This document shows, piece by piece, positions 40,837-51,237 of a stretch of 64,000 nt of DNA (within the stretch, counting starts at the first letter, position 1; the number at the start of each line of letters is the position of its first letter). The stretch spans positions 163,536 to 227,535 of the forward strand of contig JBMNIZ010000015.1 in the NCBI GenBank assembly GCA_050951405.1. Reading direction: 5' to 3'. The notes beneath the pieces are model-generated. The model made no database searches, was not told where the DNA came from, and saw only the letters and a program-made list of their open reading frames with translations. The translations under genes and the position numbers were made by a program. This stretch comes from Bacillota bacterium. GTDB lineage: Bacteria > Bacillota > DULZ01.

Positions 40837-42901
40837 TCATTCAAGACCAGTCTCTGATCCTTTGGTCGGCTTGATCGGAAGGCGAAGATTGACCCGGTGA
40901 TCATAAAAAGTGCTTCCTCCCCCCAGATCAGTCAGGTCATCTCCCACCAGGCAGTTCACATTCCTACCACCAGGGGAAAGATATGCCCACCAGACCCCGG
41001 GAGCCGCCACCAACCCCCGAGGCAGATCATCGCTCTCTTCCAGATAAAAAAGACAAGATCCTCGATGATTGTAGGCTTCTACCATTTGCCCCGGGAAAAA
41101 ACCCAATTCCCGGCAATCAAGTGGATTCATCAGGAGCCGGGGCCTGCCCCCCTCCCTGCTCTGCAAACCCTCATCCTGGCCGAAGCTTGAATTAAGGGTA
41201 TAATGTGCCGGTACCGTTAATAAGTGAAAGGGGTAGATATCATCAGTCTCATCTTCTCTTTCCACATAATCAGGCAGCAAGGTCTGCCCACGGGAAAGGG
41301 CCCGAAGGGAAGCAATCTCTATTTTTCCGGAAGGAGTATCAAACCGGTAAGGATCCAGCTTCTCCACCCGCAGCCGCACCGGTTTTCCCTGGGCCAAATG
41401 CTCATAAGTGATCCCTTCCCGGAGAGGAGAGGGTTGGGCCAGAAGATGCTTAATGGCTTCTTCTTCCGTCCAGGAAAAAATCTCCTCTCGGAAATCAAAG
41501 GCCCTGGCCAAGGCGGAGAACACCTGCCAGTTGCTGCGGGCCTCTCCTAAAGGAGAAAGAACCCGCTTGGCCAACTGCAGATAATAATGACCATAGCTCT
41601 GGTAGAGATCATCCTGTTCCAGAGAACTGGTGGCCGGCAAAACCACATCCGCATAGAGGGCCGTATCAGTGAGAAACCTCTCATGGACCACGGTAAACAA
41701 ATCCTCCCGGGCCAAACCGGCCAACACTCTGTTTTGGTCGGGAAGAACCGCTGCCGGATTGCTGCTGTATACATACAGGCTTTTCACCGGAGGTTCTAAG
41801 GGAAAAGTGAGAATCCGCCCCAGCTGATTCATATTCAATTCCCTCACCGGCCGGGGACATAAATCGGGGCGAGTTAAAAGAGACAAATCGAAAGTTGTTC
41901 TTACGCTGAGAAGAGCCCCTCCCGCCTGTTTTGCCAAAAGCTCCCACTAAAGCCGGCAGACAAGAAATGGCCCGAACAGTAGCGGCTCCCCTTCTGGTCC
42001 GGGAAAGGCCAATTCCGATGCGGAGAAAAGGAGCCTTGGCCTGCCCGTAGGCCTTGGCCAGGCTGACCAGTTCCTCTGCCGGCAGGCCGGTAATTTCCTC
42101 CACCCGCCGGGGAGTGTATCGAGGCAAGACCTCTGCCCGCAACCGATCATATCCTTCCACGTATTGCCGGATAAATTCCTCATCCACCAGGCCCTCCTCC
42201 GCTAAAACATGCATGATGCCCAGAGCCAGGGCCCCATCGGTACCCGGTTTTACCAGGTAAGTCTGATCCACCAGCCGGGAAGTGCGGCTCCGATGGGTCT
42301 CAATCAGAACGGTCCTGGCTCCCTTTTTTCTCGCTTGCTGGACCAGCAGTAGGAAGTGCATATTGGTGGAAGCCGCATTGCTTCCCCACAAGACGATCAA
42401 GTCTGAATGGACAACAGTTTCCGGATCTGTGGCTCGGGTCTGGCCCATGGTCAGTTCCCAGCCGGCAACAGCCGCCGGGGAACAAATGGTCCTTTGGAGG
42501 CGAGAAGCTCCCAAACGGTGGAAAAAGGCCTGGCCGGCGTTACGTTGGATCAAGCCCATCACTCCGGCATAAGAAAAAGGCAGGATCGCCTCGCCCCCAA
42601 AGGAGGAAATAATCTCTTCCCAGCGACTGACAATGATTTCCAGGGCTTCTTCCCAGCTAATCTTTTCAAATTTGCCTGACCCTTTGGGGCCTGTGCGTCT
42701 CAAGGGGGTCAAAATACGCTGCGGAGAATGGACCAGCCGGGGATAGCTGGACATTTTGGCGCAAATCACGCCTCTGGTGAAAGGATGTTCCGGATCTCCG
42801 GAACATTTCACCACCTTCCCATCGTCTATATGAATTAAAAGGCCGCAGGCATCCGGACAGTCCAGATGGCAAACGGAAGGGAAGACAGAAACCATGATCA
42901 C
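40837..42901 (-). pseudogene. Molybdopterin oxidoreductase (N-terminal 4Fe-4S, MopB, C-terminal molybdopterin-binding barrel) with one frameshift near 41940
   Basis: ORF 41681..42901 (CHLDCPDACG...ALVGAFGKTGG) and ORF 40837..41937 are contiguous in different frames. The shift falls in a gggaggggc tract. Confidence 0.7.
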
Positions 42902-43128
42902 GACCTCCTATGCACTGAATACTTTATCTTTCGCCGACAGGGCTTTTTCTCCTCCTGGTCCGCCGGGCAAAAAAGCCGGAAAGACTTTTATCCTTTTTTT
43001 CCCGGAGCCTGATCCCAACAGGAATCAGCTCCGTCCATGTCGAAAAGATGGAAAAACAAAGCGAGAATTTCGTTCTGCCTGCTCTTTATCCATCTAATTG
43101 CTACTTTTTGTGGAGGAAAGGAGAAACC

Positions 43129-44670
43129 ATGAAAAACAAATTCATCTTTTTATTGCTTGTCGTCATGTTACTCGTTCCCGCCAGCACAAGCGCTGGCTTC
43201 CAGCCAAAAGTGAAGCTGGGCAATGAAGTCCTGCTGAGCAAGTATCGCCATCTGGTGGAAGGGAAAAAAGTGGGTCTGGTAACGAACCAAACCGGCATTG
43301 ACAGCCGAGGAAAAAGCCTGGTGGATATTTTGGCCCAAGATCCGGCCATTAATCTGGTCTCTCTCTACAGCCCGGAACACGGCCTTGACGGTCAGGCCAA
43401 AGCCGGCGAATATGTGGAATCCTACACCCACCGTGAACTGGGTATACCAGTTTACAGCCTCTATGGAGCAAGCAGAATGCCCACGGAAAAAATGCTGTCA
43501 GGGATTGATGTTCTCCTCTTCGATATTCAAGACATCGGAGCTCGTTCCTACACCTACATGTCCACTTTGAACTACTGCCTGGTGGCCTGTCAGAAATACG
43601 GCAAACCTCTCATCGTCCTGGACCGGCCCAACCCCCTGGGGGGTATCATCGTGGAAGGTCCGGTGCTGGAGGATCCCTTCATTTCTTTTGTGGGGGTGGA
43701 TAACTTACCCATGGCTCACGGCATGACTGCCGGAGAGCTGGCCCTTTTTTTCAACAGGAAAATCGGAGCCGACTTGAAAGTGATACCTATGGAAGGATAT
43801 CACCGGGAAATGATCTTCCAGGATACAGGTCTCCCCTGGGTACCAACCTCTCCCAATATTCCTGACCTGGATTCCGCCTTTGGTTATATGGCTACCGGGC
43901 TGGGAGAAGGAACCGGCATTTACCAAGCCGACAAGTTCAAATGGATTGGCGGCAAAGGAATCGACTCCCAAAAATTTGCCGATCTTTTAAATAATGCAGG
44001 ACTCCCCGGGGTTCGCTTTATCCCGGAAGCTCAGGGACAAGCAGGAGGAGCCCGCCTCCAAATCACCGATTACCACAGCTTCAATCCGGCAAAAACAGGC
44101 CTCTATGCCCTCTGTTACGCCCATTCCCTGACCAATTTCAAAGTGCCCAAAAGCGGCAGCACCATCGTCATGTTCGACAAAATCATGGGTACGGATAAGA
44201 TCGGCCAATATTTGGAGCAAGGTCTTTCCCCACAAGAGATAGAAGCCAAATATAAACCGGCCCTGAATCGCTTTAAAGAAGAAAGGAAAAAATATTTACT
44301 TTACAGCACCAAAGGCTCATCCGGCATTTCCGTTGTTGTCCAGGGAAAGACCGTGGAGTTCGATGTGCCGCCCTATCTGGATCAGAACAACCGTTTACAA
44401 GTACCCATCCGGGCCATCGCCCAAGCCCTGGGCGGGGAAGTCTACTGGCAGCAGGAACAGCGGACAATCACTATTATTCGCGGTGAGGATATTCTTCTTT
44501 TCCGCATCGATGATCCCAAAGTTATGGTCAACGGCCTGGAAAAAACCATGGACACTGTTCCCATCCTCAAAAACAACCGAACCCTGATTCCCGTGCGCTA
44601 CGTGGGAGAATATCTCCATGCCCTTGTTCACTGGGATCAGGCTCAGCAAACGGTATTCATCTATCAATAA
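43129..44670 (+). CDS. DUF1343 (NamZ-like exo-muramidase family) protein with a C-terminal copper-amine-oxidase N-terminal-like domain
   Basis: Start MKNKFIFLLL with a GGAGGAAAGGAG RBS and a signal peptide. The DUF1343 core and the C-terminal stalk domain are both present. Confidence 0.75.
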   Translation: MKNKFIFLLLVVMLLVPASTSAGFQPKVKLGNEVLLSKYRHLVEGKKVGLVTNQTGIDSRGKSLVDILAQDPAINLVSLYSPEHGLDGQAKAGEYVESYTHRELGIPVYSLYGASRMPTEKMLSGIDVLLFDIQDIGARSYTYMSTLNYCLVACQKYGKPLIVLDRPNPLGGIIVEGPVLEDPFISFVGVDNLPMAHGMTAGELALFFNRKIGADLKVIPMEGYHREMIFQDTGLPWVPTSPNIPDLDSAFGYMATGLGEGTGIYQADKFKWIGGKGIDSQKFADLLNNAGLPGVRFIPEAQGQAGGARLQITDYHSFNPAKTGLYALCYAHSLTNFKVPKSGSTIVMFDKIMGTDKIGQYLEQGLSPQEIEAKYKPALNRFKEERKKYLLYSTKGSSGISVVVQGKTVEFDVPPYLDQNNRLQVPIRAIAQALGGEVYWQQEQRTITIIRGEDILLFRIDDPKVMVNGLEKTMDTVPILKNNRTLIPVRYVGEYLHALVHWDQAQQTVFIYQ

Positions 44671-44799
44671 TTAAAAAATAAAAGGTTTTTTACCTTTTGA
44701 TCCAGAAGAGTATTATAACGAAGACCCTTAGCAAGATAAACTGACTATTCAGTGATAATTTTCCCTTGAATAAGTTACGGATAAGTTGAGGGGAAACAA

Positions 44800-46006
44800 A
44801 TGAGCACTTTCAGACTGCGAATTGAATTTGAAGACCGGACCAAAATGGTCCTGGACACCAGCAAAGCCATTGCTAAATATGATTTAAACATTACCGCACT
44901 GGAAGTCCTACCTAACCTGATGTATTTTGAACTGCAGCACAATAACGGGGACGACCAGGTCAAGCAGAAATTGATCCTGGACCTGGCCTCCATCCCCAAT
45001 ATCCTCAAAGTGGAAGAAGTAAAATACAGTCCCCATTTGATAGATAATGATAATGCCTTTTCTTCATTGATCGGCGAAAGTGAAGGCCTGCGCAAGGCTG
45101 TTTTCCAGGCGAAACTCGTGGCCAAAAGCTCCTGTACGGTGCTGATCCAGGGGGAAAGCGGAACCGGGAAGGATCTTTTAGCCAAAGCCATTCATCTGGC
45201 CAGCGAGAGGGGGGACCAAACCCTTTTATCCCATCAACTGTGCAGCCTTTCCGGAAAGCCTTTTGGAAAGCGAGCTCTTCGGTTATGAAGAAGGCACTTT
45301 TAGCGGTGCCCTCAAAGGAGGCAAGGCCGGACTTTTTGAAGTGGCCAGCGGCAGTACTCTTTTCCTGGATGAAGTAGGAGATCTTTCTTTAAACACTCAG
45401 GCCAAACTTCTCCGGGTACTCCAAGAGAAAAAGATCCGCCGCATCGGAGGTTATAAAGAAAAAGAGGTTGATGTACGCATCATCGCTGCCACCAACCGGA
45501 ATCTCCTGCAAATGGTCCAAAAGGGAGAATTCCGCCACGACCTTTACTATCGCTTAAACGTGGTCCCCATTGAAATTCCGGCTTTGCGGCACCGCCGGGC
45601 CGATATTCCGCTCCTGGCCGAATACTTTTTGGCTAAATATGCCCAGCGCACTTCCACCATTCCCAAAACCCTCACAGCCAGGGCCTTAGCCTACTTGATC
45701 AATTATGACTGGCCTGGCAACGTGCGGGAACTGGAAAATATGATCGAAAGGGCCATCAACCTGACGCCTGGCCTGATCATCGACATCGAGAGTTTGCACT
45801 TTGAAAAAGAAAATTACATTTCTTTACTCCCAGATGAAGGAAAACCTCTCAAAACCCTGGTCAGGGCTTACGAAGGACGTCTCATCGATGAAGCCGTAAA
45901 AAAACACGGATCCATCAGAAAAGCAGCCAAGGCTCTGGGCCTCTCCCATACAGGTCTCCTGAAAAAGTTAAAAAATTTGCAAAAACAAGTTCCCAGAGAT
46001 TCCTGA
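44800..46006 (+). pseudogene. Sigma-54-dependent transcriptional activator (ACT-like N-terminal domain, AAA+ and HTH), frameshifted at about 45225
   Basis: ORF 44800..45288 carries [18 protein letters not shown] 45263..46006 carries [15 protein letters not shown]...GNVRELEN. The correct frame is restored by a 1-nt change in an aggggggac G-run. Confidence 0.7.
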
Positions 46007-46090
46007 ATGGCAACAATAGTTACCAATGGAATATAAAGTTACCATCAAAAGGCGCTTTTTCAGCATGACTGGTAAGAATAGTTACCAGTC
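46007..46090. promoter_or_regulatory. Three palindromic enhancer-like sites (TGGYAAC-N4-6-GTTACCA); the best is ACTGGTAA-GAATAG-TTACCAGT
   Basis: Read directly from the sequence at 70-170 bp upstream of the sigma-54 promoter. Confidence 0.4.
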
Positions 46091-46160
46091 ATTCTTTTTC
46101 CAAGGGCCTTTTTCTTTGCCCGGTCTGCCTTAGAGGCGCTTTTTCACATCTTCCAGCGGC

Positions 46161-46176
46161 TGGCATGAATATTGCA
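46161..46176 (+). promoter_or_regulatory. Sigma-54 (-24/-12) promoter TGGCATGAATATTGCA
   Basis: GG-N10-GC spacing with TGGCAT and TTGCA, about 50 bp upstream of pntAA. Confidence 0.6.
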
Positions 46177-46228
46177 TGCTTAATAGTATTAACTAACATT
46201 AACACCAAAAATAAGGAGGCCTCTCATC

Positions 46229-47413
46229 ATGACCGCGCAAAAATTTTCTGGTTTGACCATCGGTATTCCGAAAGAAATTATGGAAGGGGAGAGAAGAGTG
46301 GCAGGCACCCCGGAAACCGTGAAGAAATTCGTCGCTTCCGGGGCAAAAGTAATTGTGGAAAGCGGAGCCGGTGCCGGTGCCTTCTTTTCCGACGAGGCTT
46401 ACCAAGAAGCCGGAGCTTCCATTGCTGCTGACGGAGAAGAAGTTTTTGCCAAAGCCGATATTATCATCAAAGTAAAAGAGCCTCTTTTTAACCCTGCCAA
46501 AAACAAGCACGAAGTGAAAATGATGCGGCCCGGGCAAATCCTGGTCACTTTCCTCCATCCGGCTGCACCGGCAAACCATGACATGGTGAAAGAGCTGGCT
46601 GCCCAAGGAGTTATCAGCCTGACCCTGGACGGGATCCCTCGTATTTCCAGGGCCCAGAGTATGGACGCCCTGACCTCCATGAGTACCATCGCCGGTTATA
46701 AGGGAGTCTTAATGGCCGCCAATCGTCTGTCTAAATTTCTGCCCATGGTGGGGACCGCGGTAGGCATGATTCAACCGGCCAACGTTTTAGTCATAGGCAC
46801 CGGGGTAGCCGGACTCCAGGCCGTGGCTACGGCCAAAAGGCTGGGGGCTGTGGTCTACGCTGCGGATATCCGCCCTGATGCCCAAGAGCAGGCCCAAAGC
46901 CTGGGCGCTAAAATCATCGATACAGGTGTACCGGCGGAAATTGCCGTGGGCGAAGGGGGCTATGCCAAAAGGCTGCCAGAAGAATGGCTCATCAAGGAAC
47001 GGGAAGCATTGAAAGAAATCGTGGCTAAAGCTGATATCATCATTTTGACCGCCCTGGTTCCCGGTCGCAAAGCTCCCATTCTCATCACGGAAGAAATGGT
47101 CCGTTCCATGAAGCCCGGATCGGTCATTATCGATATCGCCATCGACCAGGGAGGCAACTGCGCCCTGACCGTGGGAGGGAAAATAACGGAACAGTTCGGC
47201 GTGAGTATCGACGGCACGAAAAATATCCCGGGGATGGTGCCTACCAGCTCCACCTGGATGTTTGCCCACAATGTTTACAATTTTGTGGCCAATTTGGTCC
47301 AGGATGGCAAAGTCAACCTTAACCTGGAAGATGAAATTATCGCTTCTTCCCTGGTCACCAAAGACGGAAAGATCGTCCATTCCGGAGCCCTGGAGGCTAT
47401 GGGACAAAATTAG
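46229..47413 (+). CDS. pntAA: NAD(P) transhydrogenase alpha subunit part 1 (dI, alanine-dehydrogenase-like)
   Basis: 394 aa with AlaDH/PNT N-terminal and C-terminal domains and the NAD-binding motif VIGTGVAGL. Confidence 0.9.
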   Translation: MTAQKFSGLTIGIPKEIMEGERRVAGTPETVKKFVASGAKVIVESGAGAGAFFSDEAYQEAGASIAADGEEVFAKADIIIKVKEPLFNPAKNKHEVKMMRPGQILVTFLHPAAPANHDMVKELAAQGVISLTLDGIPRISRAQSMDALTSMSTIAGYKGVLMAANRLSKFLPMVGTAVGMIQPANVLVIGTGVAGLQAVATAKRLGAVVYAADIRPDAQEQAQSLGAKIIDTGVPAEIAVGEGGYAKRLPEEWLIKEREALKEIVAKADIIILTALVPGRKAPILITEEMVRSMKPGSVIIDIAIDQGGNCALTVGGKITEQFGVSIDGTKNIPGMVPTSSTWMFAHNVYNFVANLVQDGKVNLNLEDEIIASSLVTKDGKIVHSGALEAMGQN

Positions 47414-47429
47414 AATAAGGAGAAAGATT

Positions 47430-47705
47430 ATGAATACCGGTATGCTTCTTTTGGTTTTTATCGTTTCAACTGTTGTGGGTTACAAGCTGATTCACGAGGT
47501 GCCCTCCCTCCTCCATACTCCCTTGATGTCGGGCATGAACGCTCTTTCCGGGGTCACTATCCTGGGCTCCTTGGTGGCCACTGCGGCAGCAGTTCTCCTA
47601 GGCAGCCGCCTGCTGGGCAGTCTGGCAGTTATCCTGGCCACCATCAACCTGGTGGGAGGCTTTGTGGTTACTGACCGGATGTTGAAGATGTTCAAGGCCA
47701 ATTGA
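47430..47705 (+). CDS. pntAB: NAD(P) transhydrogenase alpha subunit part 2 (membrane)
   Basis: Start MNTGMLLL with an AAGGAGAAAG RBS. About 91 aa with 3 TM helices. Confidence 0.8.
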   Translation: MNTGMLLLVFIVSTVVGYKLIHEVPSLLHTPLMSGMNALSGVTILGSLVATAAAVLLGSRLLGSLAVILATINLVGGFVVTDRMLKMFKAN

Positions 47706-47709
47706 AGAG

Positions 47710-50196
47710 GTGAAAACTTTGCTGCATAGTTCAACCTATTTGTTTGTCTCCTTGATTATCGCCATCACTGTTCTCTACGGCATCAAACTGATGAGCTCAC
47801 CCCGGACAGCGGTACGAGGGAATCTTCTTGGTGCTCTGAGCATGTTTGTCGCTGTGATGCTGGTCCTATATTATAATCAGATCCTCAGCACCGGACTGCT
47901 CTGGATTTCCATGGCCATCGGCGCCTCTATCGGTTACTGGATGGCCATGAAGGTGGCCATGATCCAAATGCCCCAGATGGTAGCTCTCCTCAACGGGCTG
48001 GGAGGAGGAGCCTCCATGTTGGTAGCCCTGGTGGTTATTTTTGAAAGCTACACCCAGCTTAACCTCTTTAACCGGGCTTCCGGCCAGCTGGCCCTGATCG
48101 TAGGGGGCTTAACCTTGAGCGGCAGCATCGTGGCCGCCGGCAAGCTCCACCGTCTTTTCAATCAAAAACCCATTATTCTGCGAAGCCATAGTTTAATCAT
48201 CAGTATTGTGCTCACATCCATGGGTCTTTTGGCTATTCTGGCCACCTGGTATCCTGCCGGCACTCCCTTTGTTTTGTCAGTTTTGGTCACTCTCCTCAGT
48301 TTATTTTTCGGAGTGCTTTTCACCCTGCGGGTGGGCGGAGCGGATATGCCGGTCACCATTTCTCTTTTGAATTCTTTTTCCGGTTTGGCCGGAGCCATCT
48401 GCGGTTTCGCCATCAATGACCCGCTGCTGGTAGCTATCGGCGCCATCGTGGGAGCTGCCGGATTAATTCTTACCCAGATCATGTGCCGGGCCATGCACCG
48501 CTCTCTGGCTGAAATCCTCACCGGCAGGACTGTCCTGAACCAGGTATCCCCGCAAAAAAGAGAGGCGCTGGATCCATCCTCCCTGGAAAAAGAAGCAGAG
48601 GAAAGCACCGAAGAAAAAACCGCCCGGTTCTTAAAAGAAGCGGAAAAAGTCATCATCGTACCCGGCTACGGAATGGCCTTAGCACAAGCCCAGACAGAGG
48701 TGAAAAGGCTTTTCGATCTCCTGGAAGCCCAAGGAAAAGATGTGAAGTTCGCCATCCATCCCGTGGCAGGACGGATGCCGGGACATATGAACGTGCTGTT
48801 GGCGGAAGTGGATGTCCCTTACGATAAACTCTTTGAAATGGACGCCATCAACCATGAATTCAAGGAAACCGATGTGGCCATAGTGGTCGGTGCTTGCGAC
48901 GTGGTCAATCCCGCCGCCATCAGCGCTGAAGGAACTCCCATCTACGGCATGCCCATCCTCCGGGTGGATGAGGCTAAGCATGTCATCGTCTGCAATCTGG
49001 ATACCAAGCCCGGCTACTCAGGAGTGGACAATCCTCTCTATGAGCAGCCCCAGGTAACCCTGCTTCTGGGAGATGCCGCCCAAACCATCCGCCAGCTGGC
49101 AGATGACCTGGTACAGGAGGAACAGCTTCCTGGGCAGGATCTTCCCGCGGAAAAAACCCATGTGGAATTCCTGAAAGAAGCGGAAAAAGTCATCATCGTA
49201 CCCGGCTACGGAATGGCCTTAGCACAAGCCCAGACAGAGGTGAAAAGGCTTTTCGATCTCCTGGAAGCCCAAGGAAAAGATGTGAAGTTCGCCATCCATC
49301 CCGTGGCAGGACGGATGCCGGGACATATGAACGTGCTGTTGGCGGAAGTGGATGTCCCTTACGATAAACTCTTTGAAATGGACGCCATCAACCATGAATT
49401 CAAGGAAACCGATGTGGCCATAGTGGTCGGTGCTTGCGACGTGGTCAATCCCGCCGCCATCAGCGCTGAAGGAACTCCCATCTACGGCATGCCCATCCTC
49501 CGGGTGGATGAGGCTAAGCATGTCATCGTCTGCAATCTGGATACCAAGCCCGGCTACTCAGGAGTGGACAATCCTCTCTATGAGCAGCCCCAGGTAACCC
49601 TGCTTCTGGGAGATGCCGCCCAAACCATCCGCCAGCTGGCAGATGACCTGGTACAGGAGGAACAGCTTCCTGGGCAGGATCTTCCCGCGGAAAAAACCCA
49701 TGTGGAATTCCTGAAAGAAGCGGAAAAAGTCATCATCGTACCCGGCTACGGAATGGCCTTAGCACAAGCCCAGACAGAGGTGAAAAGGCTTTTCGATCTC
49801 CTGGAAGCCCAAGGAAAAGATGTGAAGTTCGCCATCCATCCCGTGGCAGGACGGATGCCGGGACATATGAACGTGCTGTTGGCGGAAGTGGATGTCCCTT
49901 ACGATAAACTCTTTGAAATGGACGCCATCAACCATGAATTCAAGGAAACCGATGTGGCCATAGTGGTCGGTGCTTGCGACGTGGTCAATCCCGCCGCCAT
50001 CAGCGCTGAAGGAACTCCCATCTACGGCATGCCCATCCTCCGGGTGGATGAGGCTAAGCATGTCATCGTCTGCAATCTGGATACCAAGCCCGGCTACTCA
50101 GGAGTGGACAATCCTCTCTATGAGCAGCCCCAGGTAACCCTGCTTCTGGGAGATGCCGCCCGGACCGTAGCAGATCTTTCATCTTCTCTGGCCTGA
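47710..50196 (+). CDS. pntB: NAD(P) transhydrogenase beta subunit carrying three tandem dIII (NADP(H)-binding) domains (828 aa)
   Basis: GTG start overlapping the pntAB stop. A dII membrane domain of about 300 aa is followed by three copies of the roughly 150-aa dIII domain, joined by a 29-aa linker. The reading frame is continuous. Confidence 0.8.
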   Translation: MKTLLHSSTYLFVSLIIAITVLYGIKLMSSPRTAVRGNLLGALSMFVAVMLVLYYNQILSTGLLWISMAIGASIGYWMAMKVAMIQMPQMVALLNGLGGGASMLVALVVIFESYTQLNLFNRASGQLALIVGGLTLSGSIVAAGKLHRLFNQKPIILRSHSLIISIVLTSMGLLAILATWYPAGTPFVLSVLVTLLSLFFGVLFTLRVGGADMPVTISLLNSFSGLAGAICGFAINDPLLVAIGAIVGAAGLILTQIMCRAMHRSLAEILTGRTVLNQVSPQKREALDPSSLEKEAEESTEEKTARFLKEAEKVIIVPGYGMALAQAQTEVKRLFDLLEAQGKDVKFAIHPVAGRMPGHMNVLLAEVDVPYDKLFEMDAINHEFKETDVAIVVGACDVVNPAAISAEGTPIYGMPILRVDEAKHVIVCNLDTKPGYSGVDNPLYEQPQVTLLLGDAAQTIRQLADDLVQEEQLPGQDLPAEKTHVEFLKEAEKVIIVPGYGMALAQAQTEVKRLFDLLEAQGKDVKFAIHPVAGRMPGHMNVLLAEVDVPYDKLFEMDAINHEFKETDVAIVVGACDVVNPAAISAEGTPIYGMPILRVDEAKHVIVCNLDTKPGYSGVDNPLYEQPQVTLLLGDAAQTIRQLADDLVQEEQLPGQDLPAEKTHVEFLKEAEKVIIVPGYGMALAQAQTEVKRLFDLLEAQGKDVKFAIHPVAGRMPGHMNVLLAEVDVPYDKLFEMDAINHEFKETDVAIVVGACDVVNPAAISAEGTPIYGMPILRVDEAKHVIVCNLDTKPGYSGVDNPLYEQPQVTLLLGDAARTVADLSSSLA
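48633..50160. repeat. Perfect tandem repeat: 540-bp unit, about 2.8 copies (units start at 48641, 49181, 49721)
   Basis: Lines 48641..49180 and 49181..49720 are identical. The third copy is identical up to 50160, then diverges into the native C-terminus. Confidence 0.95.
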
Positions 50197-50227
50197 TCTA
50201 CGGGCAGCGCCCGGAAACTTTTTCGGG

Positions 50228-50268
50228 GAGGATCCGGTTTTCCTCAGGGGATCCTCCCTTTCTCATCT
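50228..50268 (+). terminator. Intrinsic terminator after pntB (GGGGAGGATCC...GGGATCCTCCC + T-rich)
   Basis: 10-bp inverted repeat followed by TTTCTCATCTG. Confidence 0.5.
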
Positions 50269-50417
50269 GTCCACCAAAGTTTCTTCCCCCTCCTTTCTCC
50301 CTTATCAATCCCCTTTCGAAGGCCGGAAATCAGCAGGATTTATCAGCTTCCCGGGCGAAATAGCAAGCAGGATTAATGATCCATAGAATAGCACACAATA
50401 TGAGGGAGGTGATCATC

Positions 50418-51080
50418 ATGATGTATTTTCAAAACCGTCAGCAGGCAGGCAAAGAATTGCTGCCTAAAATCAAAGCCCTTCTCAACCCTGGCGAAGAATG
50501 CATCATCCTGGCCATCCCCCGAGGGGGCGTAGAAGTGGCAGAGCCTCTGGCCGCCGGCTTGCCGGCTCCATTGGACGTAATCATCCCCCGTAAACTGGGC
50601 GCACCCAATGATCCTGAATTGGCAGTAGGGGCTATCACCCCTGACGGTACTCTACTTTGGAATGACCGGCTCATGACAAGACTGTGTTTAAACTCTGAAA
50701 AAATGCAACCGGTGGTGAAAAAGGCCCTGGAAGAGCTGGAGCAGAGGACAAAAATGTACCGCCGGGAGAGGCCTTTTCCCCGCCTCCAGGGGAAAACGGT
50801 CATTGTGGTGGACGATGGGATTGCCACCGGTTTTACGGTTGAGGCTGCCCTGAAATCCATCAAAAAACAACAAGCCGACCGGGTGATCCTAGGCGTTCCG
50901 GTGGGGCCGGCAGCCACCATCGAAAGGTTTAACGCCATGCTGGAAACCGTCTGCTTGTGCGCACCCGAAGAGTTTTACGCTGTAGGCGAGTTTTACCGGG
51001 ATTTCTCTCCCACCAGCCACGAAAGGGTAATCCAGATCTTGGAACGCTATTCCCCCGATGATGAAAGTAAAAGTAATTGA
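50418..51080 (+). CDS. Phosphoribosyltransferase-domain protein (type I PRTase fold)
   Basis: PRPP-binding motif VIVVDDGIATGFT. Start MMYFQN with a GGGAGGTGA RBS. Confidence 0.7.
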   Translation: MMYFQNRQQAGKELLPKIKALLNPGEECIILAIPRGGVEVAEPLAAGLPAPLDVIIPRKLGAPNDPELAVGAITPDGTLLWNDRLMTRLCLNSEKMQPVVKKALEELEQRTKMYRRERPFPRLQGKTVIVVDDGIATGFTVEAALKSIKKQQADRVILGVPVGPAATIERFNAMLETVCLCAPEEFYAVGEFYRDFSPTSHERVIQILERYSPDDESKSN

Positions 51081-51237
51081 AACAAGGAGCTCGCAGCTTT
51101 CAGCCTCATCTGAAAACAGCGCCGGGCGATAATACCAAAGGCTGATGCTTTGCTGCCCCTGCCGTACCGCCTTGTTTTTCCATTGGTTCAGCAAGAAAAA
51201 AACCGGCTTTTTCCGCCGATTTCTTGACTGCTTCGAT

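Noticed and set aside
48679-50061. Three identical 100-aa minus-strand ORFs (MLSLIHPEDGHAVDG...).
   Set aside because: They are antisense to the pntB dIII repeats and so are copied three times. They have no RBS and a low-complexity His/Gly-rich composition, which marks them as artefacts of the repeat.
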